Shown here piece by piece: positions 13,041 to 25,801 of a stretch of 64,000 nucleotides of DNA. Each line of letters opens with the position of its first letter. Within the stretch, counting starts at the first letter, position 1. The stretch comes from Takakia lepidozioides. Its lineage: Eukaryota; Plantae; Bryophyta. The translations under genes were made by a program, and so were the position numbers. The DNA lies in contig CM060733.1 in the NCBI GenBank assembly GCA_030704615.1, forward strand, positions 5,456,001-5,520,000. Direction: 5' to 3'. The notes under the pieces were generated by a model that saw nothing but the letters and a program-made list of their open reading frames with translations, searched no databases and was not told where the DNA came from.

Positions 13041-14340
13041 AATTATTGAGAGCAACTTGGGAAACTGCTCAGGAAGCTTCTTTTGGAGGAAAATTCTCCA
13101 TCAAGTCTATGGACTTTATTACGGACCTTCCAATTTCCAAGACCACCGATTCAATCCTTGTTATTGTAGATCGTTTTACGAAGATGACACATTTCATTCC
13201 ATGTAATAAGACGGTTAGCGGCGAGGAAACTGCAAGACTTTTCCTCAATAATATCTACCGCATTCATGGACTACCGAAGGAGATCGTATCTGATCGAGGA
13301 CCACAGTTCATATCAAATTTTTGGAGGGGATTATTTCACATATTGGATACTAAGATCAACCTCTCTACAGCTAATCATCCATAGACTGATGGTCAAACCG
13401 AACGTGTAAACCAGATTTTGGAGCAGTGTCTTCGATGTACGATAAATTATCACCAAGATAAAATCGAAATATCTCCACAAAAGCACTTTTGGACTCAGGC
13501 GCTTCAGCGTGTTTTATTGGCAAAGACTTTGCGAAGCAACACAATTTAACGTTCGTAAGAAAAAAAAAATTCCGGCCTCTGTTGAAGTCATCAATGGACG
13601 ACCGTTAGCATCAGGAAACATTGACCATGAAACTCGACCCCTTGAAGAGAAGCTTAGAATTCAAGCATCACAGATTGTTTTCAACGTCATCCAGTCTCCA
13701 ACGAATCGTGTGATCCTTGGACTTCCCTGGTTTGTACTTCATAATCCTGACATCGACTGGCGATCACGAAAAAATTCGGCAAAACAAAAATGCAAAAGTA
13801 CCAAAGGTATTCAACCTTTGTTTCTTGAAGCTAAAGCCTTCATGAGAACTACAAAGAAAGACGCGACATTTGCACTTTATGTGACTTCGATCAAGACTAC
13901 AACAGACCAAGGTACTTCGACGTTATCCACTCAATATCAAAATTTCAAGGATGTCTTCGAGAAGAAAAATGCAAACATGTTGCCAGAACATCGACCTTAT
14001 GATTGTACGATTGAGTTGCAAGAAAGACCCCATCCTCCATTCGGCCCAATCTACAATTTATCTCAGGCGAACTTGGCTGCTTTACGCGAATCGAAGAATT
14101 TGTCGAAGAATTTCATTTGACATTCGAAATCACCCGCGGAAGCACCTATCTTATTTATGAAGAAGAAGGACGGATCGTTACGCATGTGTGTGGACTATCG
14201 TGGGCTCAACAAAGCCACTATCAAAAATCATTATCCACTGCCAATGATTTCTGGGCTTCTCGATCAGCTGGGACGAGCGAAGATATTCACCAAAATTGAC
14301 TTGAGATGAGCTTATAACCTTGTACGGATGAGACGAATGG
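13041..14340 (+). mobile_element. Rearranged Ty3/gypsy (chromovirus-like) pol fragments: integrase core followed by protease/RT start
   Basis: SMDFITDLP...VDRFTKMTHF...HGLPKEIVSDRGPQF...[10 protein letters not shown]; then [32 protein letters not shown]; stops and frameshifts; domain order scrambled. Confidence 0.9.
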
Positions 14341-15960
14341 AAGAAGAAGACTCCGGACTAAACCGGCGTATAAACCAAGACCACTTCACCTTGCGGCTAC
14401 TGCCCCTTCTCAGGGGTGGGCCCTATAAAGAACAGATGTCCATGGGACATCATATGGTAGGTGAGAATGGGGGAGGGAAGATGCACTCATGGCGCCGAGG
14501 GCACCGCGTGGAACTCGTGGGCCCATGGGGTACCTCATGGGTACTAGCAGCGGCTAGGAGGCCTAGAGAGCTGGGGGGAGAGTACTGGATTCAAGCTGTT
14601 GTTTGTTGGTGATGATGGCAGTGAGAGATCGGAGCTCGATGAGGTCTATGGCTTTGAAGCACTTGTGGATAAAGGTGAGAGGGATATGAAAATTGTTGTG
14701 TAGGGCCGAGATAGTGTCATTGTGGATGCCTCCTTCGGTGCCGGCTGTGATGACAGTAAGTGGGCCAATGGCCCACCCCTGTTGGCGAATAGCCAGGATA
14801 AGGGGTGCGTATTTTTGACGTTTTTCAAGAATAGAGGGACCAGGGAAGCGGTCATGGCAATACGTAAATTTGATGAAATGTATGGTGATGGCGGAGGAGG
14901 GTGTCGAGGGGGGTGGGCTGTTGATGGGGAGTCCCTGAGCGAGGAGGATGTCTGGACACAACCTAGCGGGACAGGTGGATGACGAGTGAGGCTGGCACCT
15001 ACAGGGTAGGAACCAAGCAGGCACCGTATGGTCCGGGAGCCTGCCTTGATAGGTATCAGCGTTGATCAAAGTGAGCCATCTAGTTTCTGGGCGGCGTAGT
15101 AAGAGTTTATGAATATGCCATACGACATGGTTGTGTCTGGCGATGCGAAGTCCATGTATGACTGGGTGAGGCACTCGCTAAGAAGATGAGGCCAGGTGTC
15201 TCGTGTTGCGTGGATGTGGGAGCATAGTAGGCAATGTGGGGATGGAAAATGGGTTGGCCAGAAAGTATGCTTACATTGATGGCCCATGTATTGGGCGTAT
15301 CGGAATTTAAGCGTTTGTCGTATTTGTACGTCAGACGCAGCGTTAGTGTTCCAGAAATGGTTAGATAGTTTGTGGTGTAGGACATTGGAGAGGGTCCATT
15401 TTTGGATATGCAATTTGATGTGGCTTAGAGAAGCGGAGGCTTGTTTGTTGGCTTCTTTAGTAAGGGTGTGGAGAAGATCCCGGATGGGCCTAGGTTCGGG
15501 AGGATCGGGTACGGGGTGTATCATCCAGGAAGGGTATGTGTGGGCTATGTGGAAGGGGTCGTCCGATGGCTCTGCTTGGGGTTTAGAGGCCCCAGCCTGG
15601 GCAAGGAGGTCTGCTTCTTCGTTGCCAATAATACCTGTGTGTGAACGGACTTTGAGGAAGTGTATGGGTTTATCGATGGTGATAGCGAGGTTGATAATAG
15701 CGGATATAAGGTTTCGGTCGGAGTGGTGGTGGTGTGAGGAGGGGCAAGCTAGATGGTTGCGGAGTATAAAAAATGAGTTGAGACTGTCAGTGAAGATGTA
15801 GTATGGCGGTGGGAATGAGACTAATTGTGTTAGGGCTTCAAAAATAGCCATGAGTTCGGCTCGGTTGTGGGACCTGGGAGGCGGTGGGCCGTCCCAGTGC
15901 TGGTGGCGGCATGGTACACGCCATATCCGGCAAGAGAGCCAGATTGGGAGCCATCTGTGC

Positions 15961-17505
15961 CCTACCCACTAGTACTCCGAACGCACTCATCCAACCCCCA
16001 CAAGCGAATTATGGCATAGGCTCCAGCCCATTAATTCTCTCCTACGCATGAACCTTAGGATCGCAAATTCAAGAAGCCCTAAACGACCCTGGCCGCCTTG
16101 GATGCATATTCCGAGGGCTTCTTCAACATATGGCCGTTAAATACAATGGACTACATTCCCTCCCTACCCTGCACCCTCAGTCATGCCTCCACTCCCCAAC
16201 CGCTCGCACACTACTCATTCTGCGACAATTGAAGATCAACATACAAACCGATTTACCAGGGTACTCCAACACTTTATCACCAAGCTAGAACGGGCATGGC
16301 TCCAAAGCCCATTCCTCTCACAATTCGAAACTTCACACCCTCGTCAAAAGAAACTCATTCTTGCCTACTTCAAAGCCCGCCACATATCTAACCTCACCCA
16401 ACTCACCACAGCTACTGGTATTTGTCTTTTAACCCCTAGTCAATTTACCCTAAAGCATTCCCGGGCCACCATTAAAACACAAAGATATCTGATACACCTC
16501 CGCTCCCTATTTTGTCACCCGTTGACTTCTTGTACCCTCGAGTGTGATCTCCCGTGCCCACTCTTTCCCCACAACCGACAAGACCTTCTCCCAGAATTTA
16601 GAAGAGCCCCAGCTACTTCTATACTCCAGAAGCTCCGAGCCTCCCACGCATCCCGCACCGCCCCTGGTCTTCCTACTCCAAACATCTCATCCCGTTCCCC
16701 CCCCCCCCCCCACTAACCCAACTAACCCCCCTGCTCTCCGATCCCTACCGCCACTTCACCCAACCCTAAACCCACCAACCTTGACCATCCCAAGGCATTC
16801 ATTATTGAGGCCATCCAAGGTCTCAAAACCCAGACCTCCCTAGACGCTTTTGGTGCTACATGTGTAGATACATACTACCTATGTAAATGGGCTGACTACC
16901 CCAATGAAGACAACACTTGGCAAATAGAAGACGACCTTTTTGGAACCCATGAAGACTATGACCCTGCCCACAATCGCATGCTTCTCATCGCATTCCATAA
17001 ATCAACCAACACCAAATACCTCGCACACACCCACAAACAACATGTCTCGCAACCCCAATTGATGGACACCCGATACATCCATACCCAACTAGACGCCCCC
17101 AATATTCATATTACAACCTCCAAATGTAACCCTGACAAAAGATATCAGCCACATCTCCCCCATCATATGCCCAAGCCGCACCATATCCAATATTTATATG
17201 CATAATGGTCACTTTGCCGGGTCAATCCCTCATGTCAGGATAGCCTGGATTTGGGACCGATATACCGCCTCCGCCACCCTCAACAGTCAACTCCAACCCC
17301 CCGAGGCAAGACTTCGCCACCGAAGTCGGCTGGCTGGTAGAAAGATACATATGTGACACCCCCCCAAAAAAAACCCCCCTCCCACACAAACTTGCTCACG
17401 CATATTGCCATAGCACTATCCCCCCCGACATCCTCAAGTTTCTCATCACCTCCTTTCGGTTTACCCACTCATATTACTCAAGCCCTCTCACATGTCCCCT
17501 TGAAC
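15961..17505 (+). mobile_element. Inverted internal segment of the non-LTR element, including a chromodomain-like motif
   Basis: Strand skew flips at 15960/15961; post-RT-like PTSTPNALIQPPQANYGIG; YYLCKWADYPNEDNTWQIEDDL at ~16873-16938. Confidence 0.7.
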
Positions 17506-17639
17506 TTGTGGCTTTAAACCCATTGATTGTAGGAGTGTATGTTGTCGATTCCTATACTACCCTAGATAGAATTATACTGAAAAATGGGTCAGCTGATGAA
17601 ATACTGGTGTGTTTTTTATGTGCGTCTTATGGGGAACAG

Positions 17640-17697
17640 ATGGGACAATTGAAGTTAACTCCACGAGTCCTAATTGGCCATAGCTTTGGTGGTAAAG
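17640..17697 (+). pseudogene. Isolated exon of an alpha/beta-hydrolase (ABHD11-like), with flanking intron sequence
   Basis: cag|MGQLKLTPRVLIGHSFGGK|gtatgt; GHSxGG nucleophile elbow; embedded in the LINE remnant. Confidence 0.7.
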
Positions 17698-20574
17698 GTA
17701 TGTTCTCCAATCCATGAAATTTCAACTCTGGAAGATGATGACCGTACACATTCCACATGGGCACACATGGCTGGGTTTGCCTGTCTGAACAAAACCCTCT
17801 CCTATATCCACACCCTTTGGTTGGAAACAGGCTAGCACTGGGAGGGAGCATCAGGAGGGTGTCTGTCTTTTAAGATCAGTCCTTCATGGTTTGTTTCATC
17901 TGTTGCATGCTAGTGAATAGTTTGTAAATGGTGTTAGTAAGGGCTATGGGTCTGTAGTTGTTGAGGTCGGTGGGGTCACCTTTTTTAAATAACAAAATGG
18001 TCCAACTGTGTTTCCAGGAGTGTGGTATACGATGTATTTGGTAGCAGAGGCGGAAGAATTTAAAGAGGAGCTCCTGGAACTGTGGGTCAAGAGCTTGAAG
18101 TATGGCATTGGGGATGAGGTCTGGGCCGGGGGCCTTGGCTTTGGAGAGGGTTTTTAGGCATGAGTCATATAAATCTTTGGTGAATGAGCTCAGAATGTGG
18201 TCTAAGGGAAGGCCCCTCTTTTCTAAGGAGAAGCCATCTAAGTCATGCCACGGGTAGTGTTTGGCTTTGCATAAGCAATTGAGTGTGTGTAGGTTGGGAT
18301 GTAGACAGTTAGTGACGGTTGGCTTATAGGAGGACGATGCCTGAAGCCAGATTTCATTTTTAATGTCATCTGGTTTAATTAGCAAGTGGCCTAATCTGAG
18401 TTTAAGGCAGTCAATAGGGGGGTTAGTTGCAGGATTGAAGATAGCTTTGTGGGCTCTTTTGGGGTGCTCATGTACTAATTTGCTAAAAGAAGCAACAATT
18501 TTTTTGTGATTGGCAGTGGCTTTGTGCTTAGTGATGGTATAAACTGCTTTCTTGGCGTCTCGGCCCAGTTTGGATAGGGAGGCAATCCACTGGGGGAGAG
18601 AGGCAGGATCACATGGTGGGGGCATAAGTGAGTGGCACACAGTCAAGGTACTTAAGCTGGTAATGCGACGATCGGATCTCTAGTCGTTCTGTGGGCGGGA
18701 TGAGGCGGGGTTTATGATAGCTAGAGCTCGGCGAATGGTGTGATAGATATTTAGGTTGGTAGTTCATTCCCGTTTTTGTGTTCTGGTGAGGTATCCACCG
18801 AGCGAGTGGTTTGGAGAAGGTCTGGAGAGGTAGAGCATGTGGCAAGAACACTTGTAGTCAATGCTAGTAATGTAGAGGTGAGTATGCCCTCGGCTTGAGC
18901 CTGGCAAGCAGCCTCAGGGGATAGGGCGTATGCTGGTATCAGAGAGTGCGGGGGTAATTTTGTGTATGAAAATGGAGGAGGCTAGGTGGAAATGATGTTG
19001 GAACGCCTTGATGTTACTGTGGTGAATAGGGGATAGAATTCTGGGTTGAGGGGGTGGGGCATGCATGTCTGGGATGGGCCGGAATGGGACAAGGGAGGGG
19101 GGGAGGAAGATAGAGACCGGGTAGTGATCCGAGTTGCAGAGGCTATTGATATGGACATGGCTCTGGAGGTAAGTTGGGATATCATTACAGGTTCTGAGAT
19201 AGAAGCCATCAAATAGGCTTAAAGAGGAGTAGTGGAGGCCACCTTGTCGAGAGTAGTGATAGTCGGCTGGAATGTATTTAAGTTTTAGGAGGTGGGTGAA
19301 TGCAGCCCATTCATGGTCTGCCGGGGAGGGGGCCTTGTGGGTTCCGTTGTATGAGTGACCTGACATTACAATATCTCTGTTGAAGTTGCCGGCGAGTATG
19401 ACATGGTGTTGCTGATAATCAGGATGAGTGACTGTGTTGGAGATGGTGTGTAGGATGTCCGGTATAAGGGAGAGATCATCAGTATGAAAGGGCATACATA
19501 GGTGTATAAGGGTAATGGGGCATAAGGCTTGTGGGTGTAGTTGAACTATTTGGAGATGTGAGCGGATGGGGATGGGGATGGTTATTTTGGTGGTAGTGTT
19601 GGGAGCGGAGGATCCCTAGTGCTATGCCTCCCCTGGTGGGCTTGTATGGGGCGGATCAACGCAGAAGGCATTGGGGTGCTATGTAGGGGTTTCCATATAG
19701 TAGATGATAGTCCGGTAGTAGTTTATTAATATAAGAGATGCTCGTGTTGGTGGTGTTGCTAGTGTTACTTGTAGGAGGAAGATGTGTGGTTGTGAGGTGT
19801 TGGAGAAGAGGTGAAGCAGGCTTTGTATACTGGTAGCCAAGGAGCCCACATTCCATGAGGTGAGAGTGAGTGTATTATGGCAGGCCTCGAGGGACGCGGT
19901 AGGGGTGGGATGGGACAGGGGGGCCGATAGGGGCTCCGTGACATGAGTTCTGGTAGGTGGGGGGCATAGCCTGGTATTGGGGTGATGGCATTGAGTGTGG
20001 CGTCTAGAATATTGGCCGAAAGGAAGGGGAATTTGTTAATGATGTTTTGTTGGTCATGATCTGGAGTGGTAACAGTTGCTAGGTAGTCCCCCAAAATATT
20101 GTGGACAACCTTGGTTTGTGAATCTAAGAGTTTGAGGGAGCGGTGGATCTCGGTTAAGCAGTGCGGATGGGCCAGATATTGGTAGGGGAGCGAAGGTAGC
20201 TCTTTTAGTTGACGGAGGAGGGAGCGGGGTTGGGAGATTGAGTGTGAATGTAGATATCCATTGCAAGTTTCGGGGAGAGGGGAGATAGTAACGATTAGCG
20301 AGAAAAGGAGTTGGGATGTGGTGAACGTCCTAAGTTTGTGGAGGGCCTTAGTGAGAGCTGGGTAGGAGTTTGGGGGGAGCCCGAAAGTTTCAATGTGGTG
20401 CGTGGGTACGTGTGTCGGGGTTGGTGGGTTAGGGAAGAAAGGGATGAAGCGGTCATGGATGTGTCGGTAGCTATGTGTGGAGATTTACGTCTTTATCCGC
20501 GAGGATGACCACCCAGTAATTGGGTAATTAGGGGGCCCCACTTTGACAATCAAGGCCGCAGGCTTTATTGACGG

Positions 20575-23500
20575 AACTACCTTGTCCCCAACTTCTTCCA
20601 AAGTGCCCTCCAAAATTTATTTGTTAACTTTGGATCGCGGTCCGAGACAATATCCTTCGGGAGTCCATGATGCTTGAAGACGTGGGCGAAGTAAAGTCGC
20701 CCCGTCTCCTGCGCCGTTGTCGTCTCCTTGGTGGGAATGAAATGGCCCATTTTACTGAACCTATCAACCACCACCATGATTGCGTCGAATCCTTTTGACA
20801 GCGGCATAGCAGTCATGAAATCCATCGAGACACTTTCCCAAGACCCCTCTGGAATCGGTAAGGGTTGTAACAGCCCCGCTTGCTTTTTGTACTCGCTCCG
20901 CTTTTGTTGGCATGTGGTGCATGTCTTGACATACTCCTCGGCATCCTCCCTCAGCTTGGGCCAGAAATACTCTTTCTTCAAGAGTGCCGCGGTGCGCTTG
21001 GCTCCGCCGTGGCCCGCAAGCTGGCCATCGTGGCATTCTCTCAGGAGACTATCTCTGATCCCTCCCTACGGCACGTAGAGGCGCTTTTGCTTGTACCGGA
21101 GTAGTCCATTGTGCAAGTGGAACTGCAATTTAACCCCCATCCTCAAGTCCCGCATCACGGACTTCATCATCTCATCCTTCCGGTAAGCCTTCCGGATCTT
21201 CCTTTGGAGCGTCGTCTCGCCCCTGTACACCAACATGAGCTGCTGCTTTGTACTTAAAGCATCGGCCACCACATTGTCCCATCCCGGTTTGTACTGGATA
21301 TCCACGTCGAACACCGCCAAAGTGTCTTGCCACCTAAATTGTTTTGGGGACAACTTAGGCTGCGTGGCAAAGTACTTCACCGTGACATTGTCTGTGAACA
21401 CCTTCACCGGGTTGGAACCAACATAGTGGCACCAAAGCTCAAGGCAATGCACCGCCGCCTTCATTTCTTTCCCTTGCGTAGGCCACCTTCGCTCCACTTC
21501 ATTCAATTTCTTACTTTCGTAAGCCACTGGACGTCCATCCTGCATGAGAACACCCCCAATTGCGAAGTCCGACGCATCCGTATGAATCTCAAATGGACGG
21601 TTGAACTCCGGGATTTTGAGGACTGGAGCTTCCGCCATCCGCTGCTTCAACTCGACAAAAGCTTGGCCATAAAAAGTGTTCCATACCTACATTTTGGACT
21701 TACATAGAAGGTCTGACAGCGGCCCCGCGATCTTGGCGAAATTTCTCACATACTTCCGGTAATAGGAGGCGAGTCCTAGGAAGGATCGCACTCCCGGGAC
21801 CGAAGTCGGAGGCTCCCAGTCCAAGATCGCCCTCACCTTCTGTCATCCATTTTAATCCCATCCTGTGTAATCACATGCCCTAGGAACTCCTCTTTAGTAA
21901 CCCCGAATTTGCACTTTGAAGCTTTGACATACAGCTTCCCTTCCCGCAGTTTCTGGAACACCCTTTTGAGGTGCTCCAGGTGCTCTTCCTTTGTTTTCGA
22001 GTACACCAAGATGTCGTCGATGTACACGATCACAAAGTCATCCAACCACTCTTGGAAAAGGCTGTTCATTAGCGTGCTAAAGGTTGCGGGTGCGTTGGTA
22101 AGCCCAAAAGACATCACCAATAACTCATACGAACCATATCTTGTCTTGCACGCGGTCTTCTCCTTATCTCCTTCCGCCACTTGTATTTGATGGTAGCCAG
22201 AGTGCAAATCGATCCGGCTGAAATACTTCGCTCCTGCCAACCAATCGAAGAGGTCGTCGATCCTTGGCAAAGGGTACCGGTTCTTGATAGTCACCTTATT
22301 CAGAGCCCTATAATCGACACACATCCGCAGCGTCCCATCATTTTTGTCTGCAAATAGCACCGGGGCTCCGTAAGGTGACTTACTCGGCCGGATGTACCCT
22401 TTTGACATTAGATCCTTGAGCTGAGCCTTCAGCTCGACCAACTCTCTGTGGCTCAACCGGTAGGGTGCCTTGGCAAGCGGCTCCGATCCCAGTATCACCT
22501 CAATCTTGTGGTCAACTCCTCTTCGCGGTGGCAAGCCGCTTGGTAAATCCTCCGGCATCACATCCTGGTATTTCTTCAAAATCCCCTTGATCCAATCTGG
22601 GCTCGGCTCCCCATCGTCTTCTCCCTTCACTTGTCTTATGTAAAGCAAAAATTAGGGCTCGTGTGGCTCCTCCACGCCCACTCCCTTGCTGACAGCAGGT
22701 TTATTTGCCCTCCCACTGGGTTGGGCGTTTCCGACACTCGTAAAATTTCGCCACCATTCCCACACGGTAACGTGACTATTCTCTTGCGGCCATCTATGAC
22801 CGCTCTTGATTTGCTCAAAAAGGTCATCCCAAAAATGAGATCCACTCCATCGATCTCGCAAATGGTGAAGTTCTCACGTCCCTCCCAACTCCCCAGCTGA
22901 AGAGGAACATCAAACGCCAACCTCGTCGTCCGTTGTGGTTCTCTTTTGGCCTAACGCACTTCAATGGAGGCCCCCACATCACTTGTCGGGAGCCCCAGCT
23001 TCCGTGCCATTGCCGGTGTCATGAAGGAGTGCGACGCTCCTATGTCCACCAACAACGATACGTTAGTTCCGGAGATTATCCCACTCACGAACAAAACTGA
23101 TTCCCTTTACGCAAGGCGCCAGTTTCCTGATACAACTCATGACAAGAGTAGTTGCCTACCTTGCAAGTCTTGGCGACCACCGCCTCCACCAAGCGGCTGA
23201 TGGCTTCTTTGGACAACTCCGTGGAAGCCCGATTCATGTTCAATTGTTGGGGTTTCGTACACTTCTTAGCTATGTGCCCGGGCTCCTCACAATTAAAACA
23301 TACTCCATCGAAGGTCGCCTTCTGTCCGCCATAAGCCGCCGCACCTGATTTTCTTTCGGAGCGCCGGGTGCCGCCTTGACGTGAGAAGGACCTCCCTTTG
23401 ATTTCCTCGTGCCATTGTCACAGCGTGGCCTATCCCATTTCTTTTCCGGTCAAAAAGAGTCACCCTCCCCACGGGTCTTCTTGTGGTTCAACTCCGTACG

Positions 23501-25078
23501 GCCTTGTATTTCGCCCCTAGGGACATCCGAGAAACATTCAGCCCTCTCAATTGCCTCGTTCAAAGTCTTAGGTAGCTTCTCCTCCAACTTCCGCCTGGCC
23601 CATGGGGCGAGTCCCGCCACAAAGTTGAAGACCATTTCTGGTTCCGCCATGTCCGCAACTTCGAACAATATCACATTGAAAGCCTGAACATATCCCCGAA
23701 TATCATCCGTTTGCTTCAAATTCCTCATCTTGTCTCGGGCGAGCCAGGATGCGTTGAGGGGAACAAAATGTCTTTTCATAAGTTCCTTGAACCCACTCCA
23801 GTTCAAGGTTTTCGGGTTTGGACCTTGGTCGTGAAGGCATTTCTGCCACCATTGTTGGGCATAGCCCCTCAAATAGGTGGGAGCCACTTCCACCCGATCG
23901 TCGTCACCAACCTTGGCCGCCTGGAAGTATTGCTCTAGCTCCAAGAGCCAGGTGCTGAGTGCCCTCTGATTGCGGATGCCCTTGAAGGTGTCAGGTTCCT
24001 TAGGCTTCACCTTAAACTTTGTCTTTTTGGAAATGGCTTCAACACGTCTTTTAACGTCATGCCAAACTGCGCCAACAACCCTTTCCAAAAGGCTGCTGGC
24101 ATGGGAGACATCTGTTGGTCTGGCGGAGCCTCCACGAGGTCCTCGGGCTCCGACTCCCAGATTCCTCCCGTTCTTGAGTGGCCTCGCTATCAAAAGCATG
24201 AATCGTCTCCTCAAATTGCCGCTTCGGTGACACGTCGCCCCCATGGGGCTCACCAGAATGATCATCTTTGGAGTCGTTCCGCTTTTGCTTCGGCTTGCCC
24301 AACCCCATGATGAGGCCGATCTCAAGGACAATTGCGTACTGAACTATAAGCTCTAATACCAAGTGTCGCGCACCTTACTTCGGTAAGCTCCCCTTCAAGT
24401 CATAGTTACTCACTTTGATGCGCGCGCCTAACTCCCAAATTGGCCGCGGGCCAACTCGGAGCTTCGGCTACTCACCGGGACATAACGGTCCCCCTTTACT
24501 CCTCCACTTGACCCTCTCTCAATTTGGGCCTAGTGGAAATCCCCTTTGGTCGATGATAGTCCGGAACAGCTCCCCACACCTTGGTCGCTTTCCGGCTCGC
24601 ACGCTTACTCACTAGTTTTTGGTCACCAATGGGCTTGCACCGTTCTCAGGGTTACTACTCCCCATATATACTTTTGTGACTGTCCGCGGGGGTTTCACAA
24701 ACAACCATGCCATTTTATGGCAAACCACCACGAAAACCCTCGATTCCCGGTGATGAGTCGCGGTGAGTATTGGCCCACCCACCACGCGTGGACCGTGATG
24801 AGTCCCAAGACTCCCCACGACTCCCACCACAAGGTTTCTGCCCCCATGGTGAGTCCTATGCCACCCCCACTAAGTCCCACTAAGCTACCACCACCCCTCG
24901 TGGAACCACCCCCACCGCAACCCGGTGTGCGGGGCTCCACCTAGTGAGTGCCTCCGCCTCCTTGAGTGTCATAGGCACTCAACGGTACTTCAGCCCTCGT
25001 ATCTATTGTTGCCACTTCCCCCACCATAGGGGCAGCCCCTCTTGTGTCCCAACCCCCTGCCTTGAAGGTGCCGCGATA
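20575..25078 (-). mobile_element. Chromovirus Ty3/gypsy copy A, 3'-truncated within integrase
   Basis: 5' LTR 24364-25078, PBS-like TGGTATTAGAGC, gag (23450-24331), protease (VDIGASHSF), RT (YIDD), RNase H ([10 protein letters not shown]), integrase to SDRD; same family as 29745-36702. Confidence 0.93.
24364..25078 (-). repeat. 5' LTR of copy A
   Basis: Reverse complement of the 29745-30465 LTR; adjacent to the PBS. Confidence 0.9.
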
Positions 25079-25083
25079 CTGCA

Positions 25084-25801
25084 TGTCGCGCACCTTACTT
25101 CGGTAAGCTCCCCTTCAAGTCATAGTTACTCGCTTTAATACGCGCGCCTAACTCCCAAACTGGCCGCCGGGCCAACTCGGAGCTTCGGCTGCTCACCGGG
25201 ACATAACGGTCCCCCTTTTACTCCTCCACAAGACCCTCTCTCAATTTGGGCCTAGTGGAAATTCCTTTTGGTCAATGGCAGTCCGGAGCAGCTCCCCACA
25301 CCTTGGTCGCTTTCCGGCTCGCACGCTTACTCACTAGTTTTTGGTCACCAATGGGCTTGCACCGTTCTAGGGGTTACCCCATATATACTTATGTGACTGT
25401 CCACGGGGGTTTCACAAACAACCATGCCATTTTATGGCAAACCACCACGAAAACCCTCGATTCCCGGTGATGAGTTGTGGTGAGTCTTGGCCACCCACCA
25501 CGGCCCCATTGGACCGTGATGAGTCCCAAGACTCCCCACGACTCCCACCACAAGGTCTCCGCCCCATGGTGAGTCCTATGCCACCCCACTAAGACCACTA
25601 AGCTACCACCACCCCTCGTGGAACCACCCCCACCGCAACCCGGTGTGCGGGGCTCCACCTAGTGAATGTCTCCGCCTCCTTGAGTGCCTTGGGTATTCAA
25701 GGGTGCTGCAGCCCCCGCATCTATTGGTGCCACTGCCCCCCCCACCGAGGCAACCCCTCTTGTGTCCCGACCCCCTGCCCTCAAGGTGAAGGGCCGCGAC
25801 A
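25084..25801 (-). repeat. 3' LTR of copy B
   Basis: TGTCGCG...CGCGACA ends; homologous to the other LTRs. Confidence 0.9.

Larger units (their letters stand above)
14400..20520 (-). mobile_element. Degenerate non-LTR retrotransposon with APE, RT, RNase H, CCHC and restriction-like endonuclease (Dualen/RandI-like); internal segment inverted
   Basis: APE 18914-19495 (VILAGNFN, SDHYPV); RT N-part 17876-18646 (KAPGPD, KKGDPTDLNNYRPIAL); RNase H 15960-15580 (TDGS, AEL, FTDS, KVRSHTGIIGNEEAD); CLLC..H...C; RLE 14563-15174 (RHN...PDILL...FTYC...KRQKY). Strong C/A strand skew. Confidence 0.85.

Noticed and set aside
24720-24830. Hammerhead ribozyme in LTR (gtgatgagtc motifs)
   Set aside because: No CUGAUGA core with a correctly placed GAAA and stems.
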